This document shows positions 46,963-56,949 of a stretch of 64,000 bases of DNA, in pieces. The notes beneath the pieces were generated by a model. It had not been told where the DNA came from. It saw nothing but the letters and a program-made list of their open reading frames with translations, and did no database searches. The translations under genes and the position numbers were made by a program. This stretch comes from a virus: the IMG/VR virus record IMGVR_UViG_3300027906_000002, positions 1 through 64,000 of that record, one strand, 5' to 3'. The first letter of the stretch is position 1; each line of letters begins with the position of its first letter.

Positions 46963-48165
46963 ATGACGAGCGAAATTAAAGTAGCAGCATTACAGGGCAA
47001 TTCTCCCAACTTCAAGATAAATCTTGCCAATGACACTACTCTTAAGATGGAGAGTGATTTAAGATTGCAGAATCAATCTTATTTACCTGTGCCTGGTGGT
47101 GATCCAGATGCAAATGTCTATGCTAGACCACAAGATCCTAGTTATGGATCTCTTTTTATGAATACAAAGACAGGTAAGTTAGAGTATTGGAAGCATGGTG
47201 GTAAAGGAGGTTGGGGTTATATTATCAGTGGTGGTGGAGATGGAGAAGATGCAGCAGGAGACTTTTTATATCCTTGGGAAACAGGATCATCATTTACTTT
47301 CACTTCTGGTGGAAGAGGTGGTAGTAGTAATACATATGAAGCACCTAGTATTGGGAATGTAAGACAACACTCCAGTTATAGTGGTTCTGATGCTTGGGAG
47401 AATGAATATTTAACTACACCCAATTATGATGGTGTTATGCAATGGACTGTGCCTGGAACTGGTATTTGGACGTTTGAAGTTGCAGGTGCAAGAGGTGGTA
47501 CATCAAGTGGTTATGGTGGTTATAGACAACCAGGTTGGGGATATAGTGTAGAAGGAGATTTCACCCTTAATGGTGGTGATAATATTATGATTGTTGTAGG
47601 ACAACAAGGTCAAAATTCACAGAATGGTGGAGGTGGTGGAGGATCATTTGTATACAAAAATAGAAACGATTCTTATCCAATGTTAGCAGGTGGTGGAGGA
47701 GGTGGTGCTGGTTATAATAGCGGTAATGGTTATGATGCTACAAGTAGTAGCACTGCTGGTGGATGCCCCCCTTGTGGAACAAGTGGTGGATCAAATGGTA
47801 ACTCAGGTTCAGATGCCTACGGTAATGGTGGATCTGGAGGAGGATGGAACTCCTATGGTAACCAAGGTGGATCAAGTGGTAACACATCCAACTTCCGAGG
47901 AAAGCAAGCATCATATTATGGTGGATTTGGAATGGGTGGTGGAGCACAAGGTGGTGACAACGGTGGAGGAGGCGGTGGCGGTTACTCTGGCGGTGGATCT
48001 GGTTGTGACGGAGGAAACGGTTGGGGTGGCGGTGGTGGAGGATCCTATATTTGGACAGGATCTCCATTATATGCAGGAGCAAGTGCAAATAAAGGAAATA
48101 ACACCAGTAGTACTGGTGGAGGAAGTGGATGGGGATATGTTAAAGTAACACTTAAGTCTGTTTAA
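46963..48165 (+). CDS. Glycine-rich adhesin-like protein (ALK/LTK-type Gly-rich domain)
   Basis: WTVP.TG.W.FEVAGARGG, VVGQQG..GGGGGGSFV, poly-Gly tracts. Confidence 0.7.
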   Translation: MTSEIKVAALQGNSPNFKINLANDTTLKMESDLRLQNQSYLPVPGGDPDANVYARPQDPSYGSLFMNTKTGKLEYWKHGGKGGWGYIISGGGDGEDAAGDFLYPWETGSSFTFTSGGRGGSSNTYEAPSIGNVRQHSSYSGSDAWENEYLTTPNYDGVMQWTVPGTGIWTFEVAGARGGTSSGYGGYRQPGWGYSVEGDFTLNGGDNIMIVVGQQGQNSQNGGGGGGSFVYKNRNDSYPMLAGGGGGGAGYNSGNGYDATSSSTAGGCPPCGTSGGSNGNSGSDAYGNGGSGGGWNSYGNQGGSSGNTSNFRGKQASYYGGFGMGGGAQGGDNGGGGGGGYSGGGSGCDGGNGWGGGGGGSYIWTGSPLYAGASANKGNNTSSTGGGSGWGYVKVTLKSV

Positions 48166-48202
48166 AATTATAAATAAATAATGATAGGTAATAGATGGAG
48201 TT

Positions 48203-49495
48203 ATGAGTAATCTCAACGTAGATACCGTTACAGCAGCGAATGTTCATGCAACTGGAATGGTATCCGCTAATACCGCATTAAAAGCACCAAATTATGCGGA
48301 TGCAGGAAAACCTGCTAGTGCTGATCCAGGAGTGATAATCTATAATACAACTGGACAGGATGTTGAGTTGTGGAAAGGAAGTACTTGGTTAAGTCTAGGT
48401 GCTGGTAATATGAGAACATGGTCAGGAGAAGAAGGGAGACCAACATCACCTGCAACAGGACAATTTGGTTTTAATACAACAACAGGACAGGCAGAGATAT
48501 TCAACGGTTCTGATTGGATAACATTTGGTGCTAATTCTGCTGAAGGTGCTGCTGCTGCTCTATTTAACTTTAGTTCGTTTACATTCCTTTCTATTGTAGG
48601 TAGAGGACAGGATACAGGTCCAAACTCAAGTCAAATGAGTAGTGAGTATTCTGGACAACCTTGGGCATCACAATACTTTAAGCAAGGAGATTATCAAGGT
48701 TATCAAGTATGGACAGTGCCTGAAGATGGTAATTATGTCATTGAAGCAGGTGGAGCAAGAGGTGGTAGAGATTTAAACTATGGACAACAAAACCTTTGGG
48801 GAGCAGTTGTTACAGGAACGTTTGCTTTAACTAGAGAAACAGAATTATCAATGGTAGTTGGTGTTGGTGGTAACCAATACTATTCACCTCATGGACATGA
48901 ATGTGGAGGTGGTGGTGGATCATTTGTTGTTAACAAGACAACAAGTTCTCCATTGCTTATTGCTGGTGGTGGAGGAGGTAGTGCTGGTGGTGCATCATGG
49001 GGATGGTCATGTAGCAGACCTACATCATGGGGATATGGACAATCAGGAGAATATGGTGGAAGACCAACTTGTTATACGAACCCTTCACAACCTAGTCCTG
49101 GATACGGTGGTAACACAAATGGTGGATACATGGGTGGTGCTGGAGGAGGATATTTAACTAAAGGTCAGAATGGAGGTGGTCACTGTCGAACTGCTCAAGG
49201 TGGTCAAGGATATAATAATGGTATGGTAGGTGGTTACGGTAATTCTTGTTATAATAGTACTGGAAATCGTGGTGGATTTGGAGGAGGTGGCGGTGGTCAA
49301 CTCTCTGGACCAGGTGCAGGTGGAGGATGGACTGGAGGTTGTACTTCAGGACAGTGGGCATCTCACGCTACTCATGGTGGTGGCGGTGGTTCATATAATG
49401 CTGGAACCAATGCTCAAGCACAACAAGGTGGTAACTCATCATCTGAAGGTGGTCAATATAGTGGTAACGGATACATTAAAATTACTAAACAATAA
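48203..49495 (+). CDS. Glycine-rich adhesin-like protein (ALK/LTK-type Gly-rich domain)
   Basis: WTVPEDGNY.IEAGGARGG, LLIAGGGGG, poly-Gly tracts; late promoter TATAAATA at 48169. Confidence 0.72.
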   Translation: MSNLNVDTVTAANVHATGMVSANTALKAPNYADAGKPASADPGVIIYNTTGQDVELWKGSTWLSLGAGNMRTWSGEEGRPTSPATGQFGFNTTTGQAEIFNGSDWITFGANSAEGAAAALFNFSSFTFLSIVGRGQDTGPNSSQMSSEYSGQPWASQYFKQGDYQGYQVWTVPEDGNYVIEAGGARGGRDLNYGQQNLWGAVVTGTFALTRETELSMVVGVGGNQYYSPHGHECGGGGGSFVVNKTTSSPLLIAGGGGGSAGGASWGWSCSRPTSWGYGQSGEYGGRPTCYTNPSQPSPGYGGNTNGGYMGGAGGGYLTKGQNGGGHCRTAQGGQGYNNGMVGGYGNSCYNSTGNRGGFGGGGGGQLSGPGAGGGWTGGCTSGQWASHATHGGGGGSYNAGTNAQAQQGGNSSSEGGQYSGNGYIKITKQ

Positions 49496-49498
49496 ACT

Positions 49499-49705
49499 AT
49501 GGCACAGTTTTATGATGGTTTCAAGTGGAGAGGAAATTCTTCCTACAATCCATTTGCTAGTGAAACATTAAAAAAAGAAAGAATGGACATGTGTAGAGCA
49601 TGTGACCAATTCAAACCAAGAACTCAGCAATGTAATAAGTGTGGTTGCTTTATGCAATTAAAAACAAAGATGAAAGACGCACATTGCCCCATTGATAAAT
49701 GGTAA
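49499..49705 (+). CDS. Small Cys-rich protein (DUF6171-like)
   Basis: CRAC..CNKCGCFM..K......CP..KW. Confidence 0.7.
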   Translation: MAQFYDGFKWRGNSSYNPFASETLKKERMDMCRACDQFKPRTQQCNKCGCFMQLKTKMKDAHCPIDKW

Positions 49706-49733
49706 TAAATAAACATAAGGACATTTATAGATT

Positions 49734-50015
49734 ATGACACCTGCAGAACTAAAAGAAAAACAGATCGCTATAGAAGCATCTATTCGTACTTTGGAAGAGC
49801 AACTCCAAACAGCAAAGAACCATCAAAGGGAATTATTTGTATTAGAGGCAGATTTAGTTATTACTCAACAGATAGAATCTGGAGTACATGCTGCTGCAAT
49901 GGCAAATAGAGCAGCACAAGAAGCATTAGACGAAGCAGATAATGCATTGCATTATCCAGAAGGTGATCCGATTAATGATATCGATCCACCAGCAGTACCA
50001 CCAACTGAAGAATAA
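49734..50015 (+). CDS. Coiled-coil hypothetical protein
   Basis: ORF track; heptad pattern. Confidence 0.6.
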   Translation: MTPAELKEKQIAIEASIRTLEEQLQTAKNHQRELFVLEADLVITQQIESGVHAAAMANRAAQEALDEADNALHYPEGDPINDIDPPAVPPTEE

Positions 50016-50317
50016 TGGCAAAAGTAACAACATCTAAAATATCTGGTATTGGTGCTACACTAGGACAAGTTAGTGTTAGTACTGGACATACCTTTGAGGT
50101 GGATGGTGTTGTTGACTTAACACACTGTACTAACCAAGCATTTCAGTTACCAACAGGTACTATAAGTCAGAGACCACAGAATCCACTTACAGGTTATCTT
50201 AGGTGGAATACTGATAATGACCCTAACACAGGTAGTACCATTGGTTTAGAATATTATAATGGTACTGAATGGTGGAATATTAATACAGCACCCGAACCTG
50301 AAGAGGAGGATCCATAA
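50015..50317 (+). CDS. Small fibre-associated protein
   Basis: LPTGTISQRP..GYLRWNT motif shared with neighbouring genes. Confidence 0.6.
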   Translation: MAKVTTSKISGIGATLGQVSVSTGHTFEVDGVVDLTHCTNQAFQLPTGTISQRPQNPLTGYLRWNTDNDPNTGSTIGLEYYNGTEWWNINTAPEPEEEDP

Positions 50318-51448
50318 ATGAGTATCATAAGATTTGACGAGTTATATGGACCAGAGCAAACAGAGATGATGCTTCAGATGGATGGTCAAGACCATCTTAA
50401 TATCTTTGGAACTTTTGCTATGGGGCAATTGGGTCAGATATGTTTACCATCTGGTACAACAGGACAAAGACCAACAAGTCCTAATGTTGGTATGATAAGA
50501 ATTAATGAAACCCTACTTGCTATAGAAGTATACGATGGTGAGACATGGATACCAGTTACAAATCCTCAAGGTGGTGCAGGTACTGGTGCTACAACTGCTG
50601 TAGGTCAGCAAAAATATGGTTCAGCAGGTACATTCTCATGGACATGCCCTGATAATGTATATGATGTTTCAGTGGTATGTGTTGGAGGTGGTGGTGGTTC
50701 TACTAGAGATGAGCAAGGTGCAGGTGGAGGTGCTGGTCTTGGATGGGCAAACGGTATTCAAGTTCAACCAGGTCAGAGTTATCAAGTAGTTGTTGGAGCA
50801 AAAGGTACATCAGCATCACCAGGAAACTATGCTGGTAATGGTGGACAATCATATTTTATAGACACCAATACCATATGGGGTGGAGGTGGAGGTGGAACTG
50901 GTAGAGATAGAAATGGTTCTGCTAATAGACCAGGTTACGGAGGTCAAGGTGGAACATGGGGTGGATCAGGTGGATCTGCTCAAGGTGGAGGAGATGGTGG
51001 TAATGGAGGAGATGGTAACAGAAGTAGTTTAAGTGATACAGGACAATCTTGTGGTGGAGGTGGTGCTGCTGGATACTCAGGAAATGGAGGATATGGAGGA
51101 CACTATACTTCAGGTTGGGGTACTGGTGGTAATGGTTCTGGTGGCGGTGGATCAGGTGGATATGCTGGTTCTTCCGAATCCTATGGAGGAGGAGGTGGAG
51201 GCGTAGGTCTCAACGGTCAAGGTTCTAATGGTAATGTAAGTTCAAGTAATGGTGGTGCTGGTAATGGTGGATCAGGTGGTTCAAATGGTGGAGGAAACAC
51301 AGGTAATGACCCAGATGTTCCAGGTGGTGACTACGGTGGTGGTGCTGGATCAAACGACTCATATGGATCATATGGTGGTGTAGGTGGTGTCCGTATTATA
51401 TGGGGTCCAGATAGAGCATTTCCAAGCACTAACACCGCAGACCAATAA
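50318..51448 (+). CDS. Glycine-rich adhesin-like protein
   Basis: LPSGTTGQRP..GMIRIN; V.VVCVGGGGG; GG.GGVRIIW end. Confidence 0.7.
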   Translation: MSIIRFDELYGPEQTEMMLQMDGQDHLNIFGTFAMGQLGQICLPSGTTGQRPTSPNVGMIRINETLLAIEVYDGETWIPVTNPQGGAGTGATTAVGQQKYGSAGTFSWTCPDNVYDVSVVCVGGGGGSTRDEQGAGGGAGLGWANGIQVQPGQSYQVVVGAKGTSASPGNYAGNGGQSYFIDTNTIWGGGGGGTGRDRNGSANRPGYGGQGGTWGGSGGSAQGGGDGGNGGDGNRSSLSDTGQSCGGGGAAGYSGNGGYGGHYTSGWGTGGNGSGGGGSGGYAGSSESYGGGGGGVGLNGQGSNGNVSSSNGGAGNGGSGGSNGGGNTGNDPDVPGGDYGGGAGSNDSYGSYGGVGGVRIIWGPDRAFPSTNTADQ

Positions 51449-51474
51449 ATATAATGGAGGAATAGTATTATCCC

Positions 51475-52806
51475 ATGTCAGAATTTTCATCAAGACTCTT
51501 ATCAGCAACGACCATTAATGTAAGTGGTATGGTAACTGGTACTAAAGGAATCCAAGTTCCTTCAGTTACCACTGCTAACCGACCAAGTGGGATGACTGGA
51601 TCTCACTCTGGTGCATTGATATATGATAACGAGAAAGAAACCTTATGTGTATGGTCAGGTAGTTCTTGGATTGAGGTGGGAAGAGCAGTTGATGTGTTAC
51701 CTACATGGACTGAATCATCTAAACCATCAACTAATCTAGAAAATGGTTTGATTGGGTATAATACAGATAACGAAGAAATAGAAATATATTTTGATCCAGG
51801 CGATCCAGGAGATAATGAGGAAGAGGAGGAAGCAGGTTGGATCACACCATTTAGCGGTGGTTCTGGTGGTAAACTATTTGACTTCTCAACATTTACATTC
51901 AAATCCATTGTAGGTAGAGGAAGTCATCAAGGTCCTAATGAGAGTCAAATGACCTCAACATACGGTGGGCAACCTTGGAATGATGGTACTAATTTTGGTC
52001 AAGGAACTTATCAAGGTTATCAACTCTGGACTGTTCCTGAAAATGCTAATTATCAGATAGAAGTAGGTGGAGCAAGAGGAGGAAGAGACTATAACTATGG
52101 GTATACTGATTATTGGGGTGCTAAGGTTACAGGTACATTCTCATTAAGTAAGGGAGATCAATTAGAAATGGTAGTTGGTGTTGGTGGTAACCAATACTAT
52201 TCACCTCATGGTAATGAGGCAGGTGGAGGTGGTGGATCATTTGTTAAGAACGCTACATCAAATCAACCTTTAATTATTGCTGGTGGTGCTGGTGGATCAC
52301 CTAGTAATAACTGGGGATGGTCATGTGGAAGATCATCATCATGGGCAAACGGTCAATCTGCTGAATATAGTGGAAGACCACAATGTCATAACAACCCTTC
52401 CCAGGCAAGTCCTGGATATGGTGGAAATACTAGTGGTGGATATATGGGTGGTGCTGGTGGTGGATACTTGACTGGTGGTTCAAATGGTGGTGGTCATTGT
52501 TGTACTGCTTACGGTGGTCAAGGATTTAATCAAGGTATGGTAGGTGGAGATGGTAACTGTTGCTATGGATCAGGAAATAAAGGTGGATTTGGTGGAGGTG
52601 GTGGAGGACAACTATCTGGACCAGGTGGTGGTGGAGGATGGACTGGAGGTTGTACTTCAGGTCAATGGTCTTCTTACTCTACTGGTGGAGGTGGAGGTGG
52701 TTCATATAATGCTGGAACCAGTACCACTAATCAACAAGGTGGTAATACTTCAAACGAAGCAAGCACGTATACTGGAGACGGATATATTAAGATAACCAAA
52801 CAATAA
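51475..52806 (+). CDS. Glycine-rich adhesin-like protein, paralogue of 48203-49495
   Basis: Same domain order; shared MVVGVGGNQYYSPHG and GGCTSGQW. Confidence 0.72.
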   Translation: MSEFSSRLLSATTINVSGMVTGTKGIQVPSVTTANRPSGMTGSHSGALIYDNEKETLCVWSGSSWIEVGRAVDVLPTWTESSKPSTNLENGLIGYNTDNEEIEIYFDPGDPGDNEEEEEAGWITPFSGGSGGKLFDFSTFTFKSIVGRGSHQGPNESQMTSTYGGQPWNDGTNFGQGTYQGYQLWTVPENANYQIEVGGARGGRDYNYGYTDYWGAKVTGTFSLSKGDQLEMVVGVGGNQYYSPHGNEAGGGGGSFVKNATSNQPLIIAGGAGGSPSNNWGWSCGRSSSWANGQSAEYSGRPQCHNNPSQASPGYGGNTSGGYMGGAGGGYLTGGSNGGGHCCTAYGGQGFNQGMVGGDGNCCYGSGNKGGFGGGGGGQLSGPGGGGGWTGGCTSGQWSSYSTGGGGGGSYNAGTSTTNQQGGNTSNEASTYTGDGYIKITKQ

Positions 52807-52871
52807 ACTGTCACATCTATAGACAAAGAGGGTAACTATCTGCTATACTAGCGAAGTATTAGAGCAGAAAG

Positions 52872-53105
52872 ATGCCCTCATTTTATTTACAATCCATTGA
52901 TGATAATGGAGCAACGACAACGAAATCATTTGAATCAAGTTATCTCGATGAGGTAGTAGAGAATATAGATGATTTTCTTAGAGGTTCTGGATTTGCCTAT
53001 GATGAGTTGCAACTTATTAAAAGTTCTACTTCTGATGAAACAACTAAGTCATTTCTAAGGGAACAGGTAAATGAGTATCGGAGAACACAGTCATCAGTTG
53101 ACTAA
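52872..53105 (+). CDS. Hypothetical protein
   Basis: ORF track; promoter TAGACA-N18-TATACT at 52820-52849. Confidence 0.65.
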   Translation: MPSFYLQSIDDNGATTTKSFESSYLDEVVENIDDFLRGSGFAYDELQLIKSSTSDETTKSFLREQVNEYRRTQSSVD

Positions 53106-53150
53106 TCTGCATACATAAATTGTAGTCTATTAAATTGCACAGACAAACTC

Positions 53151-53470
53151 ATGGGTAAGACTTATAGGCGTGGTGGTGCTGAAAGAGGTTATTCCTCACC
53201 AGGTAAATCACTACGAGATAAGAGACAACGGGGTACAAACAGATCCGAATTTAGAGAAGGTAGTAATGACAATTATAAGAACAAAATTAAACCTAAAAAT
53301 GACTATGAGGATCAACAACAATGGACTTAGACAAAAATAAAATACCAGGAGTTGATGTATCAAATCAATCACCTGGTTTGTTACCTGAATCATTTTATGA
53401 TGATGATGACTTAGAGTATGATGATGCTTCACTAGATGGAGTAGAAATAGAATACACAACATCATTGTAA
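53151..53470 (+). CDS. Two small hypothetical proteins (53151-53330 basic; 53321-53470 acidic)
   Basis: Manual translation; overlapping stop and start. Confidence 0.45.
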
Positions 53471-53775
53471 TGGAAGACACTAAACAGGAAAAATGGGAAC
53501 GTGGTAAGACTCTTATGCTAGAGTCTTTACATAAACCTGATGACAGATTGAGAGGATGTGCTCACAATCAAAAGTGCTATCACGAATTACTTGAAATAAG
53601 AGATCAAGTAATTGAAATGGTAAGAGGGATACCTAATCCTCATGCAGAAGCATTAGCATTTGGTAAGGTTAATTCACTTCCAAATCCTACAGTCACAACA
53701 CCTAACGGTGATATTAGTGAAACTTTAATGAGTGGAGCATTGGGTGATTATTATGCAGATAAGAGGGAGTATTAA
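53470..53775 (+). CDS. Hypothetical protein
   Basis: TAATG coupling; ORF track. Confidence 0.65.
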   Translation: MEDTKQEKWERGKTLMLESLHKPDDRLRGCAHNQKCYHELLEIRDQVIEMVRGIPNPHAEALAFGKVNSLPNPTVTTPNGDISETLMSGALGDYYADKREY

Positions 53776-53777
53776 TA

Positions 53778-53975
53778 ATGAATATTGATTTGCCTGAATG
53801 TATATTATTAAATGATAGTGAGAAGCAACTACTAAAGGATGCTTTCTTATCATACATGAAGGAACTAGAGATAAAGACAAAGAAAGAGAAAATGTTAACT
53901 GCTGAAGCATATCAGGAGGTTAGATATCAACTTGAGGATATGATACAGAAATTACATTTAGGGTATGGCAGTTAA
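53778..53975 (+). CDS. Hypothetical protein
   Basis: ORF track. Confidence 0.6.
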   Translation: MNIDLPECILLNDSEKQLLKDAFLSYMKELEIKTKKEKMLTAEAYQEVRYQLEDMIQKLHLGYGS

Positions 53976-54028
53976 CTAAGTGGCACATGACCTCATGTCA
54001 TCACATGGGGTTCATGTATAATAGTATT

Positions 54029-54637
54029 ATGAAATTACAATTCCCACCTAAACTCGTTGAGGCAGTTCATTACCTCAATCAATTAACCATTCAAGTGAGT
54101 GAATCACATGAGGATGGTAGAGTTAATAGTATTGATGATGAAGATACTATTATAGATCTTCTCATTGAAAGATATGGTGATAATGTAGAAAAACCTAAAG
54201 CAAGATGTTGGTGGGATCTTAAACTATTTGGATACCCTACTAATATTAAATCATCTAAGTTTGGAAGTGCAGCAGATAATTTCTCATCTAAAGCAGCAAT
54301 ATTATATGCACTAACTGATATTCCAGAGGAGGATGTTACATGTACATCATGGAAGAGTTTTCAAACTAAACTAAAAGAGAACTCATCACAATCAACACCA
54401 AGAGATTATTATATAATTGTACTCAATAAGGTAACTGGTGTTGTATATTTACAATCACTCAAATCATTGAGTAAACTAACATCTAATGGTAATAACCTAC
54501 CATTTCAGATTAAGTGGAGAGATAATATACATCCTGTACAAAGAGACTATTTACAATCATATGATTTTCTGGTAGAATACTACAAGGAATCAGTACGCAA
54601 GAAAATTACATCACATGATGGATTTGAAGAACTGTAA
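54029..54637 (+). CDS. Putative PD-(D/E)xK restriction-endonuclease-like protein
   Basis: E..., WWD-x8-NIK pattern; overlaps the MTase start. Confidence 0.5.
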   Translation: MKLQFPPKLVEAVHYLNQLTIQVSESHEDGRVNSIDDEDTIIDLLIERYGDNVEKPKARCWWDLKLFGYPTNIKSSKFGSAADNFSSKAAILYALTDIPEEDVTCTSWKSFQTKLKENSSQSTPRDYYIIVLNKVTGVVYLQSLKSLSKLTSNGNNLPFQIKWRDNIHPVQRDYLQSYDFLVEYYKESVRKKITSHDGFEEL

Positions 54638-55391
54638 ATTACACCAAGGCGATTGTTTAGAATTAATGAAGGAGATACCAGATGAGTCTATTGACTTTAT
54701 CTGTTGTGATCCACCATACGGTACTACATCTATTAAATGGGATTCAGTCCTAGATTATAATAAATTGTGGGAACAATATGGTAGGATAATTAAACCTAAA
54801 GGTATTATATGTTTGTTTGGTTCTCAACCATTTACATCTCAATTAATATGTTCTAAGATAGATTGGTTTAGGTATGAGATTATATGGAATAAGAATAAGT
54901 GTGGATCACCAGGTCTTGCAAAGAAGAGACCAATGAAAGTGCATGAGAATATATTAATATTCTATAAAAATGCTGGTGGTACATATAATCCTCAAATGAC
55001 TAAAGGAGAACCATTTAAAAGAGTGAGTAAGAACCCAGAAGGTTATGTAGGTAAGAAGAATGACCACAATTATGGTATGAAACCACGCAAAGAGTTTGAG
55101 AATAAGGGTACAAGATATCCTAAATCAATTGTTAACATCTCTAGAGATTTTAGTGCTCAACAACAGGTACATCCAACACAGAAACCAGTACCATTAATGG
55201 AGTGGTTAATTAAAACATACTCCAATGAAGGTGAAACTGTATTAGATAATTGTATGGGTTCAGGTTCAACTGGAGTAGCAGCAATTAAATTAAATAGATC
55301 TTTCATAGGTATTGACACATCACCAGAATATGTTAGAATATCTAATGAAAGAATCGAATCAATCCCACTAGATTTAACTAAAATACTATGA
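54615..55391 (+). CDS. Beta-class DNA amino-methyltransferase (probably m6A)
   Basis: DPPY, then HPTQKP, then VLDNCMGSGSTG. Confidence 0.92.
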   Translation: MMDLKNCKLHQGDCLELMKEIPDESIDFICCDPPYGTTSIKWDSVLDYNKLWEQYGRIIKPKGIICLFGSQPFTSQLICSKIDWFRYEIIWNKNKCGSPGLAKKRPMKVHENILIFYKNAGGTYNPQMTKGEPFKRVSKNPEGYVGKKNDHNYGMKPRKEFENKGTRYPKSIVNISRDFSAQQQVHPTQKPVPLMEWLIKTYSNEGETVLDNCMGSGSTGVAAIKLNRSFIGIDTSPEYVRISNERIESIPLDLTKIL

Positions 55392-56581
55392 ATACAGATA
55401 TGACTGGATTACATGAAGAATTTGGTGTAGATATACCAACAGCACCAGAGATTGATCCTAACCAATGTTTCAATGAAGAGTTATTAAAGTCTTTTAAAGA
55501 TACAATAGATCAACAACCTCATTTACATGTTAATACTATACTGGGTAGTTATGCTACAGTTGTACCAGATAGTAACAATCAAATTTATCCTCAATTAATA
55601 TGGATTGATGAGATACATGATTTAGAGTCAATTAGGAATACTATAACAGGAGAAGTGAGACCAAGAGGATGGCAAATAAGAGATGGAGAAGATGTTAACG
55701 AAGATTGTGTTAATGATTATCATCAAGATATAGTTAATAAGGAATGGGTTCCTACACACATGTGTGGTTGTGTATTTGAATTGGAAGATGGGTGGTATAG
55801 TGTATCAAGTAGAGGTGTAAAACGTAAGTATGGTGTTGCTAATTTACATCATAGATTAAAAGCAGCAGCAGAAGCAGGTGAAGATTATATTATTGCATGG
55901 GTAATAAAATTTAAAGATCTTAGATTATTAGCAGAGTGGGCATGTGCTGAAGCAAATAGGAATAAGTATACTTCTAATCCTAGAAAAGATAATGATATTG
56001 TTAGAGCAATTCAAGAGCAATTAACATGGGAGTCAGAACTTAAGATTGCATTAGATAATGCTGAAGAAGATGGAGAAGAGAAAACAAAAATAATAGTTAA
56101 CAAACTTAAATTATTTCATCTTCATGGAAATACTATCAATGGTTTAGTTAGAAAGTTAGAAAGTGTCGGTGTATTTACAGGAGATAGGAGAAGAAGAAGT
56201 GCAGAAGATATTGATAAATGGTTTGAAGATAATTTACCTAGTTGGAAGAAAACAGGTCAAAATGAATATTTAAATGACCAAGGTGTAACAGTTAAAGTTG
56301 TACAAAATATGGGTAACAATCATTTTGCAACTGCTGGTTATCTTGCAGATCAGATACTTGCTGATATCCCACATATAATAATTACTTCTGATAGTTCAGG
56401 TAAAGAAAAACTTCCAACTGATGTATTACAATACAGAAAAGGACATTTAAGTGATGCTTATAAACATATTGATAAGATGGGTGAAGTAAGAGATCTACTT
56501 AGATCAGGTAAAGCACGATTAGCAACACAATATAATCTTCCTGGATTAAATAATGAAGATACATTAATCTACATTCCATAA
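55388..56581 (+). CDS. Hypothetical protein with a weak ParB-like motif
   Basis: NLHHRLKAA resembles the ParB/Srx G.HR motif. Confidence 0.55.
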   Translation: MNTDMTGLHEEFGVDIPTAPEIDPNQCFNEELLKSFKDTIDQQPHLHVNTILGSYATVVPDSNNQIYPQLIWIDEIHDLESIRNTITGEVRPRGWQIRDGEDVNEDCVNDYHQDIVNKEWVPTHMCGCVFELEDGWYSVSSRGVKRKYGVANLHHRLKAAAEAGEDYIIAWVIKFKDLRLLAEWACAEANRNKYTSNPRKDNDIVRAIQEQLTWESELKIALDNAEEDGEEKTKIIVNKLKLFHLHGNTINGLVRKLESVGVFTGDRRRRSAEDIDKWFEDNLPSWKKTGQNEYLNDQGVTVKVVQNMGNNHFATAGYLADQILADIPHIIITSDSSGKEKLPTDVLQYRKGHLSDAYKHIDKMGEVRDLLRSGKARLATQYNLPGLNNEDTLIYIP

Positions 56582-56646
56582 TGTGACACCTAACATAGTG
56601 TCACAGTAAACTACCATTTCATTCTATACTATAGTATATTAACAAT

Positions 56647-56847
56647 ATGAGAAAATTCTTTTCTCCCGATCAACAAATCAAGTTGATTAAAAATGCTTTG
56701 AAAAAAGCAGAACAAGGTTCCGTTCTTTATAATGATGATGAACTCATCAAATTAAAGACATCACTTAATAAATTGCGTGATGAGAAGGAACAAACTAGGA
56801 AACTACTCAACCGAGGATTTGGTTATGACAAAGAAACTAACAGTTGA
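56647..56847 (+). CDS. Hypothetical protein
   Basis: ORF track. Confidence 0.65.
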   Translation: MRKFFSPDQQIKLIKNALKKAEQGSVLYNDDELIKLKTSLNKLRDEKEQTRKLLNRGFGYDKETNS

Positions 56848-56949
56848 TTACGATCAAAAGTATGACAATTGTCAGGAAAATGAGGATGATTGGGTATCAT
56901 CAGTTATAGGAACTGAAGATGATGCAATCTATGACATTCTGGATCAATT

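Noticed and set aside
48840-52220. Near-identical blocks as template and variable repeats of a diversity-generating retroelement
   Set aside because: No reverse transcriptase in the window, both copies are in intact paralogues, and the differences are not evidently adenine-specific
47690-52795. Val/Glu-rich and His-rich alternative-frame ORFs in the glycine-rich genes
   Set aside because: Expected by-products of GGT/GGA codon runs that lack stops in other frames
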